Shown in pieces: positions 47,643 through 60,800 of a DNA stretch of 64,000 nt. The stretch lies in the NCBI GenBank assembly GCA_043228905.1, contig JBHGNT010000005.1, positions 9,672,001 to 9,736,000 of the forward strand, in the 5' to 3' direction. Origin of the DNA: Azolla caroliniana. Its lineage: Eukaryota > Plantae > Polypodiophyta. The notes beneath the pieces are model-generated. The model searched no databases. It was not told where the DNA came from and saw only the letters and a program-made list of their open reading frames with translations. The translations under genes and the position numbers were made by a program. The stretch's first letter is position 1, and every line of letters starts with the position of its first letter.

Positions 47643-50600
47643 TGTTGAGAATCAAGCTCAACATAGTGCAATGTGTGAACACACCTCTCGAGAATCTATG
47701 ATTACCCAAAAGTGAAGAGTCACACCACTACTCTCTACACATTAACTATGTGTCATGCAATCATATTCTATGACACACAACTAATGAGTTACATATTCCC
47801 CATGACTATGAGTCTTCACATTCCCCAAGAGAGAGAGTGGTTGTTGTTGTTGTTAGTTAATGAAGAGAGAGGGTGACTCTATATAAAGCACCCTCCTCAT
47901 ACTTCATACTAAGTCGGTTGTGAATCCTTGTTATGCTACATTTTATAATTCTTATTCTACTTGTGAAATATACACCTTCTTCTTGAGTATTCTATTTTCC
48001 TCTCATTTCTCTATCTTGAGAGATCTTTTCTCTCCTCTCTTTTTCTCTCACACATATACGCACATAACACACATCTATTCCACTGCACAAGAATCACCAT
48101 CAATTCTTTACATGGTATCAGAGCGATTTGGTAGCTTGATCTAGCCCACTCGCCTTATCGTGATCGTGTGTTGTGCTCTACGTCAACGTTCAAGAAGAAC
48201 CGGCTCATCGCTATCGTAGTACCACTACATAGCTCGTGTTCAAGAGAGAAGGAAAAGAAGAAAGGAAGCTTCATCGACGATGAATACTCAAATGGGGAGT
48301 GCTCTCCCTAGTGAGAAGCTAGATCAAAACAACTTTGCATCTTGGGAGTACAAGATGCACCAATACCTTGTGAGCCAAGGCTATTGGGGTTACATCAAAG
48401 GAGCACAAGAAAACCGACCCGACCCAAAAGACGCTGACAATGCAATGTGGGAGCAAGCGGCAAGCCAAGTGATGTATTGCATAGCGACATGTGTTCACGA
48501 CCACATGCTCGGGTACATTCAAGAAAAGGAGACGCCAAAGGAAGCGTGGGAGAATCTACGAAAGATTTTCGCCGCTAACACAACCACGAGAAAGCTTCAA
48601 CTCGGCCAAGAGTTGAACAACATCCAACAAAGGGATATGTCCATCAAAAGCGACACCTTGAAGATCAAGGAGCTTTGCAACTCGCTCGGCTCGATAAGCG
48701 TCAATGTGGACGATGATGAGATGGTGCAAATATGCCTTGGCGGTCTTCCACCACGGTTCGACGCGATGAGAACCGCCATACTAGCACGGGAGAATCCACC
48801 CTCCTTCTTCGACCTTCAATCCATGTTGTTCGTCAAAGAAAACCATGTTCGAACAAGGGACAACGCCTCGGAAGGCCACATACTCTACACGCATTCGAAT
48901 GGAGGAAGAGGTTGTAGTCGAGCAAGAGGCCGATTCGGCCAAGGACGAGGTGGACGAGGCCCGACTTACGAAAACAACTCGCAATTTCGGCATCAAGACG
49001 GAAGCCATCGAGGAACCTTTGGAAGAAGGGGGAGCTTCCATTTCGGTCTGAGCCGACAAAACTCGGTCGAATGCGGATATTGCTGAAAAAACAGTCACCA
49101 CAAAGAAGAGTGTTGTAAGAAGATATGGAAGTTGGCTTCCACTAGCCGACAACTCACCAATTACGCCACCAACTCCGACTATGATGATCGCGACAGAATG
49201 TTCGTGATGAGACATAGAGCAAATTCTATGTCCGCTTCTACTTCGAATAATGCATCTAGTCTGGAAAACGTATGGTTCGTTGACTCTGGTGCCTCGAACC
49301 ATATGACGTCTCATCAAGAATGGTTCTGAGAACTTCGAGAGCCGGAACGATCCGGCTATGTCAAAATTGGAGACGATAGTACACATCCGATTTGACATAT
49401 CGTCAATGTCCCATTCGGCAAAGAAGGTAACCAAACTTTTATTAAAAATGTCTGGAATGGGCCGGTAAGTCTCTTACTTTATGTTGATGATTTAGTCATC
49501 ACCAGTGCTACCCAGAGGAAATCTTCCGCATGAAGTCTCAACTTGCGGCATCATTTGAGATGAAGGACCTAGGCAACCTTCATTACTTTCTTAGGATCGA
49601 AGTGATCCGAACCCTCGAAAGCATATTGATCAGCCAACGCAATTATGTGTTAAATATGTTGTTCAAGTTTGGCATGATAGATTGCCAACCGGTCTCAACA
49701 TCCCTTGACCTGAATTAGAAGGTACGTCCTAACTCCAGACCCGCCTGCAATGAAAAAATGGTTCCAAATTTTTTTCGGAAGCCTTATATATCTCACTATC
49801 ACCCGACTTGACATCAGTTATCCAGTCGGAGTGATCATTAGTTTATGTAGCGACCGATCGTCGAGCACCTTTAGTGCGCGCATCGACTACAACGATATGT
49901 GAGCGGCACTAAGGATCAGGGATTGTTGTACCGGCACGGTATAACCGAAAAGTTAGTCAGTTATACAGATGCCGACTGGCCTGGTGATGCGTTGGATCGT
50001 CGGTCAATGTCCGGCTTTATGTTTTCCCTTTGTAGCATGGTTGTTACGTTGTCATAGTGTATTTCGTACACTACGTGAAAAACTTATAAAGTACCGATTT
50101 AATAAATATGAATAAATAGTAGAAAATATTAAAATATATATAACATGCATAGGGCAAGATTCAAACCTTGCACCTTCATGTTAATAATATAATGTCTTAC
50201 CATTGCACTAGCATTTCATTAGTGTTAAAAAGTAGATGTTCCAAGTAGAAAAGTTAGTTCACCTAGGATAAACTTTAGTTAAAAGAAAACGCATGCTAAA
50301 AGAAAAAGCTACGCATGCACATCTAGCGTGCATGAACGCTATAATTGATAAAAAAAACACAAGTTAGAAAAAGCGTGATCACTTTAGATAAAGCATATAG
50401 TCTATCTATAGGAAAAGCATGGAGTCTATAGTTAGAGAAAAAAAAGCATGGATTCCTAAGACTCCCTCATCACTACATAAGGATGGGGAGCACAATGTAA
50501 TAGGGGTGTGAAATACTTGGAAATTGGATATATTTCCGAAAACACCAACCAATTAATATAATCGTGGGATTCATGAAAATAATATAATCTATACTTGTGG

Positions 50601-51452
50601 GATTCACGAGATTTCTATATCTTTCTCTATCAATCTAAATACATATTCTTACATAAATATTAATCAATAAAATACATTATACTTGTGGGATTCACAAATT
50701 TCTAATAATCTATTCATAACTATAAACTTGTCTCAAATTCTTCCTCCTCCTAGTCCAAAACCCCGGTGGTTCCCACCCGACTCACGCAACGATCCGGCAC
50801 CGAAAGGCACGACACAAGTGGAGCAACAAAAAGTTGTCGATAGTGGCTTTGTTGAGCATTGAGACTGAGTACCAAGGAGCCACAGTCGCGACTTGTGAAG
50901 CCATATGGCTTTGGCGGATGCTGCAAGACCTCCTGATCGAAGTACCGATGAAGATCCCGATCTACTACGACAATATCCGTAGCATGTAGCTCGCCAAGAA
51001 CCTCGTCTTCCATGCTCGCACAAAGCACATAGAAATGCATTACCACTTTGTGCACGACCGGGTCTTGAGTGGTGAAGTCTAACTCTGGTATGTTTGAACC
51101 GATCGTGAGGTTGCCGACATCTTCACCAAGGCCAAACGGAAGTCGACGCCGACACGAAGGAGCCAATGGTTACAGAAATGTCAAAGTCACAACAACGAAG
51201 GAGCTAAGATGGGGTTAATGAGTAGACAAGTTGACCGAGAAGGTCGAGGTGCACAAAACCACACGGGTCGTGGAAAGCGGGACCGGACAGGTCGAGGTGC
51301 ATGAGCAAGGCGTGAAGATGTCAAGAGGAGCCGGACACAAGGACCGGCAACAACTAACACTACGATCTGACCTCAGGTTGAGCTTGAGGGGGACTGTTAA
51401 GCGGACAAGGTAAACATGATCCGAATCGGCTAAATAAGCCAATAGCCAAATC
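47643..51452 (+). mobile_element. Chimeric/deleted Copia: family-A 5' LTR (47643-48112), PBS, gag-PR fused near 49452 to family-B-like RT/RH, PPT, start of a 3' LTR at 51395
   Basis: PBS TGGTATCAGAGC 48113-48124; gag 48280 paralogous to 9904; IKNV joined directly to NGPVSLLLYVDD (integrase missing); PPT TTGAGGGGGAC. Confidence 0.85.
50050..50814 (+). mobile_element. Gypsy-clan solo LTR (same type as 8852 and 29751) inside the Copia RH
   Basis: TGTCATAGTGT...GAAAGGCACGACA; left flank ACGT; host frame VVT|WSNKK resumes (right TSD copy imperfect). Confidence 0.85.
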
Positions 51453-52083
51453 GTTTGTGATAATACTTTAATTACATCAAACCTACAAGATTTGAACGAG
51501 AGATCTAACGATTACAACATTTCAACTACAGTCCTCCGCTCTACCAACTGAGCTAAGGATGGGTTTTGATCATGTTGTCACATAATCTTACTAGTTTTAT
51601 ATGATCAAGTGATATGATGATGCAACTATAGTCATGAGCTCTTAAACCTATTAAGCTAAATATTGGCAAAGATCTAAACTCTTAGAATAGCACCCATACT
51701 CCAAGGTTAATGAAATGATAGTTTATCAAATACTAAAGTAGAGTCACACAAATTATGTTTGTGATAATGTTTTGATTACATCCAAACTACCGGATTTGAA
51801 CCAGTAACTTAAGGATTACAACATTTCAACTACAGTCCTCCGCTCTACCAACTGAGCTAAGATTGGGTTTTGATAACATTGTCACATAATCTTATTAGTC
51901 TGATTATATCAACTAATATGATGACGCAACTATAGTCATGAGCTCTTAGACCTATTAAGCTAAATGTTGGCAAGATCTCAACTCTTAAAATAGCATCCAT
52001 ACTCCAAAGTTAATGAGATAATAGTTTAACAAATAGCAAAATAGAATCACACAAATTATGTTTGTGATAATGTTTTGATTAAA

Positions 52084-52169
52084 TCCAACCTACCGGATTT
52101 GAACCTATGACCTAAGGATTACAACATTTTAACTACAATCCTCCGCTCTACCAACTGAGCTAAGGTTGG
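52084..52169 (-). pseudogene. tRNA-Tyr(GUA) pseudogene with 13-nt intron (representative unit)
   Basis: CCAACCTTAGCTCAGTTGGTAGAGCGGAGGATTGTAG-ttaaaatgttgta-ATCCTTAGGTCATAGGTTCAAATCCGGTAGGTTGGA versus plant tRNA-Tyr CCGACCTTAGCTCAGTTGGTAGAGCGGAGGACTGTAG..ATCCTTAGGTCGCTGGTTCGAATCCGGCAGGTCGGA. Confidence 0.9.
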
Positions 52170-53713
52170 GTTTTGTTAGTATTGTGACATAATCTTACTA
52201 GTGTGATTCTATCGACTGATACGACAACACAACTATAGTCATGAGCTCTTAGACCTATTAAGTTAAATGTTGGCAAGATCTCAACTCTTCGAATAGCATC
52301 CATACTCCAAAGTTAATGAAATGATAGTTTATCAAATAGTAAAGTAGAGTCACACAAATTATGTTTATAATAGTGTTTTGATTACATCCAACCTACAGAG
52401 TTTGAACTAGTGACCTAAGGATTGCAACATTTCAACTACAGTCCTCCACTATACCAACTGAGCTAAAGTTGGATTTCGATAATATTATTATGACATAATC
52501 TAACTAGAGTATAATTCGTTTGAGTAATATGATGACGCCACTATAGTCTTGTGCTCTTAGACTAATTAAGCTAAATGTTGGAAAGCTTTTAACTATTAGA
52601 ATTACATCCATATCCAAAGTTAATGAAATTATAGTTTATGAAATGGCAAAGTAGAGTCACACAAATGATGTTTGTGATAATGTTTTAACTACATCAAACC
52701 TACAGGATTTGAACCGGTGATCCAACAACTACAACATTTCAACTATAATCCTCCGCTCTACCAACTTAGTTAAGGACGGGTTTTGATAATGGTGTGACAT
52801 AATCATCCTAATGTTATACGATCGAGTGATATGATGACGCAACTATAGTCATGAAGTCTTAGACCTATTAAGCCAAATGTTAGCAATATGTCCACTCTTA
52901 GAATTGCATCCATACTCCAAAGTTAATAAATTGATAGTCTATCAAATGCTTAAGTAGAGCCACACAAATGATGTTTGTGATAATGTTTTAATTACATCAA
53001 ACCTATCTTATTTGAACAAGTGATCTAACGATTACAACATTTCAACTATAGTCCTCCGCTCTACCAACTGAGCTAAGGATGGGTTTTGATAATATCATTG
53101 TGAAATAATCTTACGAGTGTTATACGATCGAGTGATATGATGATGCAACTATAGTCATGAACTCTTAGAACTATTAAGCTAAATGTTGGCAATATGTCAA
53201 CTCTTAGAATTGCATCCATAGTTCAAAGTTAATAAAAGGGCAGTCTATCAAATGCTTAAGTAGAGTCACATAAACGATGTTTGTGATAATGTTTTGGTTA
53301 CATCCATCCTACCAAATTTGAACATTGACCGCAAGATTACAACAGTTCAACTACAATCCTCCGCTCTACCAATTGAGCTAAGGTTGGGTTTTGATAGTAT
53401 GGTGACATAATCTTACTAGTGTGATTCAATCGACTGATATGACGACGCAACTATAGTCATGAGCTCTTAGACCTATTAAGCTAAATATTAGCAAGATCTC
53501 AACTCTTAGAATATTATCCATACTCAAAAGTTAATGGAATGATAGGTTATCAAATAGTAAAGTAGAGTCACACAAATTATGTTTTTTTTTTATTACATCC
53601 AACCTACCACATTTGAACTAGTGACCTAAGGATTACAACACTGCAACTACATTCCTCTGCTCTACCAACTGAGCTAAGGTTGGGTTTTGATAATATTATT
53701 GTGACATAATCTT

Positions 53714-54323
53714 CCATATTGAGCTATGTTGATAATCCAAACTAATGTTATAGATTATCACCCAATCCCCTTCTTCTATCTTCCTAGGTCGAAGTTGGTG
53801 TTTTTTATCGAATCAATGTTTGTTCCGAAATCGCGCTTCTTGTTGTTGGTGCACCGCTTCCGTTACGTCTTCCGGTCTTCCGTTTAGCTGTCGTATCCGG
53901 ACCGCTAGTAGTTCTTCCCGACTCACCTCTTCCTTCCATGGTAGCACAGTCCATGTTGCAATTGCGGTTTCCGTAGGCATTAACGGAGCTTGTCCAGTCA
54001 TAAGTTTAGCTAGCATATATCCGGTCACGGAACTATGCGTTGTACGATCTACACATAGTGCATATGGAAGCATATGCGGCCAATTCTTCACCCTCCCGTC
54101 ACATGCTTTTATAAGTGCTTTTATGATTGGATAATGTCCTTGTTCGAACGTCCCGTTTGCTTCTGGATTGTATGCCGTGGTTAGTATCAGCCGCATTCCA
54201 TGTTTAGCGAAGAATTCCCAAGCTTTACTAGAGACAAGTTCTTCCCGATCTGCAATCACTTGTCCTACGCACCCATACCTGCAGAACAATTCTTCCAGGA
54301 GAAATTGGCATGTTCTCGAACAT
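53714..54323 (-). mobile_element. LTR-less Gypsy integrase fragment embedded in the tRNA-Tyr satellite
   Basis: CQFLLEELFCRYGCVGQVIADREE..YNPEANG..; homologous to ~7910-8500. Confidence 0.9.
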
Positions 54324-54725
54324 GAATTACATCCATACTCCAAAGTTAATGAAACGATAGTTGATCAAATGCTTAAGTAGAGTCACACAAATGATGTTTG
54401 TGATAATGTTCTGATTACATCCAACCTACCGGATTTGAACCAGTGACAAAAGGATTACAACATTTCAACTACAATCCTCTGATCTACCAACTGAGCTAAG
54501 GTTGGGTTTTGATAATATCATTGTGACATAATCATAATAGTGTTATACCATCGAGTGATATGATGACACAACTATAGTCATGAGCTCTTAGACCTATTAA
54601 GCTAAATATTGGCAAGATCTAAACTGTTTGAATATCATCCATACTCCAAAGTTAATGCAATGCTAGTTTATCAAATAGTAAAGTAGAGTCACACAAATGA
54701 TGTTTGTGATAATGTTTTGATTACA

Positions 54726-54815
54726 TCCAACTTACCGGATTTGAACCAGTGACCTAAGGATTACACTCAACATTTCAACTACAATCCTCCGCTCTACCAA
54801 CTGAGCTAAGGTTGG
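54726..54815 (-). tRNA. tRNA-Tyr(GUA)-like copy close to canonical (17-nt intron, one acceptor-stem mismatch); function doubtful
   Basis: Intact A box TAGCTCAGTTGG, B box GGTTCAAATCC, GTA anticodon, T-stem ACTGG/CCGGT. Confidence 0.45.
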
Positions 54816-57589
54816 TTTTGATCATATTATTGTGACATAATCTAACTAGTATGAATTATTTGAGTAATATGACGATGCAACTATAGTCATGCGCTCTTAG
54901 ACCTACTAAGCTAAATGTTGGCAAGATCTCAAGTCTTAAAATAGCATCCATACTCCAAAGTTAATGAAATGATAGTTTATCAAATAGAAAAGTAGAGTCA
55001 CACAAATGATGTTTGTGATAATGTTTTGATTACATCCAACCTACAGAGTTTGAACTAGTGACCTAAGGATTACAACATTTCAACTACACTCCTCCACTCT
55101 ACCAATTGAGCTAAGGTTGGGTTTTGATAGTGACATAATCTGCTAGTGTTATACTATCGATTGATATGATGACGCAACTATAGCCATGAGCTCTTAGACC
55201 TATTAAGCTAAATGTTGGCAAGATCTCAACTCTTAAAATAGCATCCATACTCCAAAGTTAATGAAATGATAGTTTATCAAATAAAGGATTACACCATTGC
55301 AAATATAGTCCTCCGCTCTACCAACTGAGCTAAGGTTGGGTTTTGATAATATCATTGTGACATAATCTAACTAGTATGATTCGTTCGTGTAATATGATGA
55401 CGCCACTATAGTCTTGTGCTCCTAGACCAATTAAGGTAAATGTTGGAAAGATTTTAACTATTAGAATTGCATCCATATTCCAAAGTTAATGAAATTATAG
55501 TTTATGAAATGGTAAAGTAGAGTCACATAAATGATGTTTGTGATAATGTTTTAATTACATCTAACCTACCAGATTTGAACGAGTGATCTAACGATTACAA
55601 CATTTCAACTACAACCCTCCACTTTACCAACTGAGCTAAGGTTGGGTTTTGATAATATTATTGTGACATAATCTTAATAGTGTGATTTTATCGACTGATA
55701 TGACAACGCAAATATATTCATGCGCTCTTAGACCGACTAAGTTAAATGTTGGGAAGATTTGAAGTCTTAAAATAGCATCCATACTCCAAAGTTAACGAAA
55801 TGATAGTTTATCAAATAGTAAAGTAGAGTGATAGTTTATCAAATAGTAAAGTAGAGTCACAGAAATGATGTTTGTGATAATGTTTTGATATACTACCAGA
55901 TTTGAACCAGTAACCTAAGGATAACAACATTTGAACTACAATCCTCTGCTCTACCAATTGAGCTAAGGTTGGGTTTTGATAATATCATTGTGAAACAATC
56001 TAGTATGATTCGTTCGAGTAATATGACGACGTTATCGTGATGTTTCTACCACAGTGTCAAACCACTGTCGAAAAGAAGCAAAATAGTAGTTTAAATAAAC
56101 TTGTATTGTGAAGTGAACTTTATTGGTAGCAAAAATACTCTTTCATTTTTCCAAAGATAATTCCTTATAAATAAAAGGTCAATGGATTGAACCTTACAAT
56201 AAATAATGATGAATATTAAGTTAGAGGCGGTTTTCAAAAGTAGAAAAAAGTAGAGAAAAAGCCCAAGGGCTCCACTATATATAAAGAGGTTATATCACGT
56301 GTGTCCACGACATCTTTTATAAACCCCTTATACGTATATTTTTTGCTATTTTAGATACCCTTCTATAAAAATTGGTTAATAAAAATACCCCTTAGTGTCA
56401 ATATATACTTTGAAAACAACTCATTTTAAATGCCCTTACATAGAAAACACATGTGTGTATATATAAACATATTGTGTAGTATTGCATGTGCTCATATGTG
56501 TGTATTGTATAACATGTATGTATTATATTGTATTCCATGTTTATTTACTTATGTATTGTATTGTATGTGTTGTATATCTTAGATGTATGGCATGTGTGTA
56601 TGTATCTATGTGTTATGCATATGCAACCTCTAAAGTTAATGGATGTAGTTTGTTCCTACTCTAACTTATCCCATTATGGGTAGGGAATTACTCTTTTAGA
56701 ATCGAGTCTTGATATTGCCTAAGGATTTATTGTATAATACAAGTGCTTTAAAGATAATTAAATCAAGATAGATAATGCAAAAACCTAAAGTATATAATTG
56801 ACAATAGATTTCCTCATACTTAGTATATACTCACGGTGAACCTCCTCTTAAACTTATTGCAAGGTATGATTAATTGTCTCTTTTGACAACCTTTCAATTA
56901 CATGCTTACCAACATGATGAAGGGCAAATAGGTGCTATAAAGTTTTCATCTATCCTTGCAGCAATATAGGATTGATATTTCAAAATGTCTTCTACATCTT
57001 CCGACATTGGATGAACCCAATTGTAGTACCAAAACAAAGTTAATATGTGGAACATAATCTTCTTTGTGGCAAAGTCTGTTTTAGATTTTCTGATATATTT
57101 GATGAGCCCAATGGTTGATTCCAATAATAACTCATCTGAAGAGTCTGAGAATTTTGAACATGTGGAAAAAACTTTTTCACACATTTGTTTTGGAGACATT
57201 TTGCTTCTATGCTTGAAGCCGCTCACTCATTGTTGATGAGGTCATTTGTACTTTCTCTAGTAGTAATATGTGAACTTTAGGATTGTAACATTCATTATGT
57301 ATATCATTGTTCATAATCAAACAAATAAAACATTTGGACAAATCAACCATCCCTTTTTTCTCTTAAAAAATACTTGCTAAAAAATTAGGCTCTTCTTTGC
57401 TTAAAAATGGCAACTTGTAAGGGCACATCAAGTCATTAGGCTTCACATCTGAGTGTCTCCACAATCACTTATGTATGTTTCAATCTAGCATCTCAAACCT
57501 TAGTATCGATGCCACTACTTTTCTGGTTTTGGGCATCGATACATTCAGTTTTCCAATATCCATTGATGAAGGACTACAAGATTGAAGAG

Positions 57590-57769
57590 AATTGTCAATA
57601 CCTGAGCTATAGAGAGCTTGAAAACCTTAATTTTTGACAGCTTGTTTGGAGCACCACCAGTAACTTTGGCCACTCTGAGAAGAGCTAACTCAGCCTTCAG
57701 TTCTTTCAACTAGTTCTGAAGCTCAGGCTTGCTGTTAGATCGCAACTCATGAACCTTGATCTTAACCAT
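57590..57769 (-). pseudogene. RPL35: 60S ribosomal protein L35 (uL29) N-terminal fragment with a premature stop
   Basis: [59 protein letters not shown]; uninterrupted by introns; 5'-UTR-like sequence upstream; C-terminal half absent. Confidence 0.9.
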
Positions 57770-57839
57770 GGCTGCTGCGAAGCAAAGATGTGTGTCTTCT
57801 TCTTCCTCTTCGCGAGAGAGACACTGTGACTCTCTCTCC

Positions 57840-58057
57840 ATATATGAATGTACATGTGTGTATGCATATGCAATGTCTGTATGTGTGTGTGTGTGTATGC
57901 ATATATGCATATGTCAATGTACATGATTCAATGTGTAGGATGTGTGATTGTAACATGTGCATAATATTTATGTATATATCTAATGTGTGTATGTGTATGT
58001 ATATGCAGCAATGTATAAATGAATATATGTGCATGCACATATCTCCATATGGTATGT

Positions 58058-58098
<41 letters not shown>

Positions 58099-59067
58099 CA
58101 TAAATGCAACATTTCCGGTGCTATACCTTAAACCCCTCGGTCACCCTTCCTTTAGGTTTGAATGTACATGATTCAATGTGTATGGATGTGTGATTGCAAT
58201 ATGTGCATAATATTTATGTATATATGTACTATTTAGTGTATGTATGAATATATGTATGTACATGTATGAATGTACATATGCATATATATCTAATATGTGG
58301 AACGTGTATGTATGTATGTGTATGGATTTATGTTTGTAAAACTTATATATGTATCATTGTAGGCATATGTACATATATACATGCCGCAATGTATGAATGA
58401 AGATATTTATGTCCATGTACGAATGTAGATATGTGTATGCATATATACATATGTCAATGTACACGATTCAATGTGTATGGACGAGTAATTGTAATATGTG
58501 CATGATATCTATGTATATATCTAATGTATGTATGTGTAATTATATATGCACTATTATAGCGTGTATGACCATGTATGTGTGTGTGTATGTGATGATATGT
58601 ATGTACATACGTAATGTATGTATGTATGTGTATGCATGTATATAATGTATGTATATGTGTATGGATGTATGTTTGTAAAATTTATATGTGCAACATTGTA
58701 GGCATATGTACGTATATACATGTTGCAATGTATAAATAAATAAATGTATGTACATGTACATGTACAAATGTACATATGTGTATATATGTAGTATGTAATG
58801 TATGTATAATTTCGGGGTATTTTCGTGTTTAGTATGTGCATGGCTCATATAAGGGTGTATGCTTACGATATACACATAATATATATGCATATGTCCAATG
58901 TATGTGGAAGTATACATATATCCAATGTGTGTGTATGTATATTGTATGCATATATATAGAATATGTATGTACATATGTAATGTATGTATGTGTGTGCATA
59001 TATGCATATGTCAATGTGCATGGATGTGTGTTTGTAATATGTATGTATATATTTAATGTATGTATGT

Positions 59068-59111
<44 letters not shown>

Positions 59112-59850
59112 GTATATGGTGATATTTATGTAAATGTATGTATGTATGTGTATATATGTATGTATAATTTTGGGATATTTTCATGCTTAGTATATGTATG
59201 GCTCGTATACGGATGTATGTTTGTAACATGTATATATATATTTGATGTATGTGTAAGTATACATATAATGATATATCTAATGTGTGTGTATATATGTAAT
59301 CATTGTAGTTTGTATGGTTCTGTATAATCTCTATATATGGTGATACGTGGAATATGTATGTGCATATGTAATATATCTAGTATGTATATATGTAATGTAT
59401 GTATGTATGTGTATGTAAATTTGTTTATTGTGTAAATATGTATGGATTATATGATATGTAATATCTAATTTATTTATGTGCATGTGTTGTGTGTGTGTGT
59501 AATATATGTAACTTGTTTGTATGTGTGAAAATCTGTAAGACATATAATATGTAATCTTCTGTATTAATATTTATGTGTGTGTGTGTGTGTGTGTATATTA
59601 TGTAATTTATTTATTTATGAATATTTTTTGTGTTTGGTATGTATACATATACGCATTTGTATATAATTGTGTGTATAATGATATATGTGTGTAATATGTA
59701 ATATATAAAATATGTTTGTAAGAATGTGTAGTATATATGTATGCACATATATATATATGGCTGATCATACATACATACATATACATGCATACATACATAC
59801 ACATACACATGTGTGTATGTATATGTATGTATGTATGCATGAAAGAATGT
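57840..59850. repeat. Low-complexity (TA/TG/CA) microsatellite-rich tract with degenerate internal duplications
   Basis: (TG)n runs at 58060, 59072, 59575; recurring CATATGTCAATGTACATGATTCAATGTGTA-like blocks. Confidence 0.9.
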
Positions 59851-60332
59851 ATGTATAATAGCTACTCCAAATTTGACTATTGTTTGCATAATAATTCTTT
59901 ATTATTTCATTAAAATATCTAATATTTCATGGGTTTACGTAATTTTTTTTCTAGTATAATTGATAATACCCTTATGTAAATATATATTTCAAATATTTAT
60001 TAATACCCTTATATATATACATTCTGTACCTCAATGGCTAATTTAAACCCCTTTTGATGAACTCATGTGCTATCATACAAGAAGAAGCACGCGTGGATAT
60101 GAAGAGCATAGTAGAGAAAAAAGCTCATAATTTCCTCCTCAGATGTCCAAATTAGAAATGAAAAGATACATAAGAAAGCTAACCCAAAGAGCTTTCCATG
60201 AATATCTTGCATGTGAAATTTGGGGCTAGAAAACAGAAATAGTGAGGAATCCGAAAACTCAACTCATATAGACAAGTTTTTTTTTAGGGGAAAAAGGCAA
60301 GGAATCCGAATCCGAACTTTCTTGTCTTACAT

Positions 60333-60800
60333 TAAATCTTGCTTGTGTGTTCGTGCGACTTGTGGCAAGGGAGCGTTCGGGCTAGCCCATGCACCTCTCC
60401 TTTCACAAAGGCGTTCGAAATCATGTCTTGCGTGTTAGTGTAAATCTTGCTTGTGTGTTCGTGCGACTTGTGGCAAGGGAGCATTTGGGCTTGCCCATGC
60501 ACCTCTCCTTTCACAAAGGCGTTCGAATTTGTGTCTCTCGTGTGTAAACCTTGCTTGTGTGTTCACGTGTCTTGTAACAAGGGAGCGTTCGGGCTTGCCC
60601 ATGCACCTCTCTTTTCACAAAGGCATTCAAAACTTTGTCTCTTGTGTGTGTAAGTAATCCTTTTCCTCGTGTGTCCGTGTGTAAGCATTCCTCACGTGCA
60701 TTCATTCGCCTTGTGACTAGAGGGTTGATTCGGCCTTCCCCATGCACCTCTTCTTTTCACAAACACATTCGAATACGTGTGCCTTGTTTGTGTAAGCCTT
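60333..60800 (+). repeat. ~105-110-bp tandem repeat (3 copies plus 1 degenerate) near the end of the LTR-like unit
   Basis: CTTGCTTGTGTGTTC..CAAGGGAGCGTTCGGGCT..CCCATGCACCTCTC..TTCACAAAGGC repeated at about 60333, 60442, 60546. Confidence 0.85.

Larger units (their letters stand above)
51453..56032 (-). repeat. Tandem satellite, ~303-bp unit, 14 units, each with an intron-containing tRNA-Tyr pseudogene; resumes at 60895-61087
   Basis: Lowest tRNA coordinates at 51477, 51781, 52084, 52387, 52694, 52997, 53303, 53598, 54420, 54726, 55035, 55284 (partial), 55560, ~55890; spacer sequence also conserved. Confidence 0.95.

Noticed and set aside
52072-52177. GTTTTGAT-like direct repeats on both sides of each tRNA-Tyr as a retroposition TSD
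   Set aside because: AT-rich 8-mer, intron retained, no CCA or poly-A; too weak to claim.
57700-59900. His/Tyr/Cys/Met-rich ORFs in the ORF track
   Set aside because: Translations of TA/TG/CA microsatellites.
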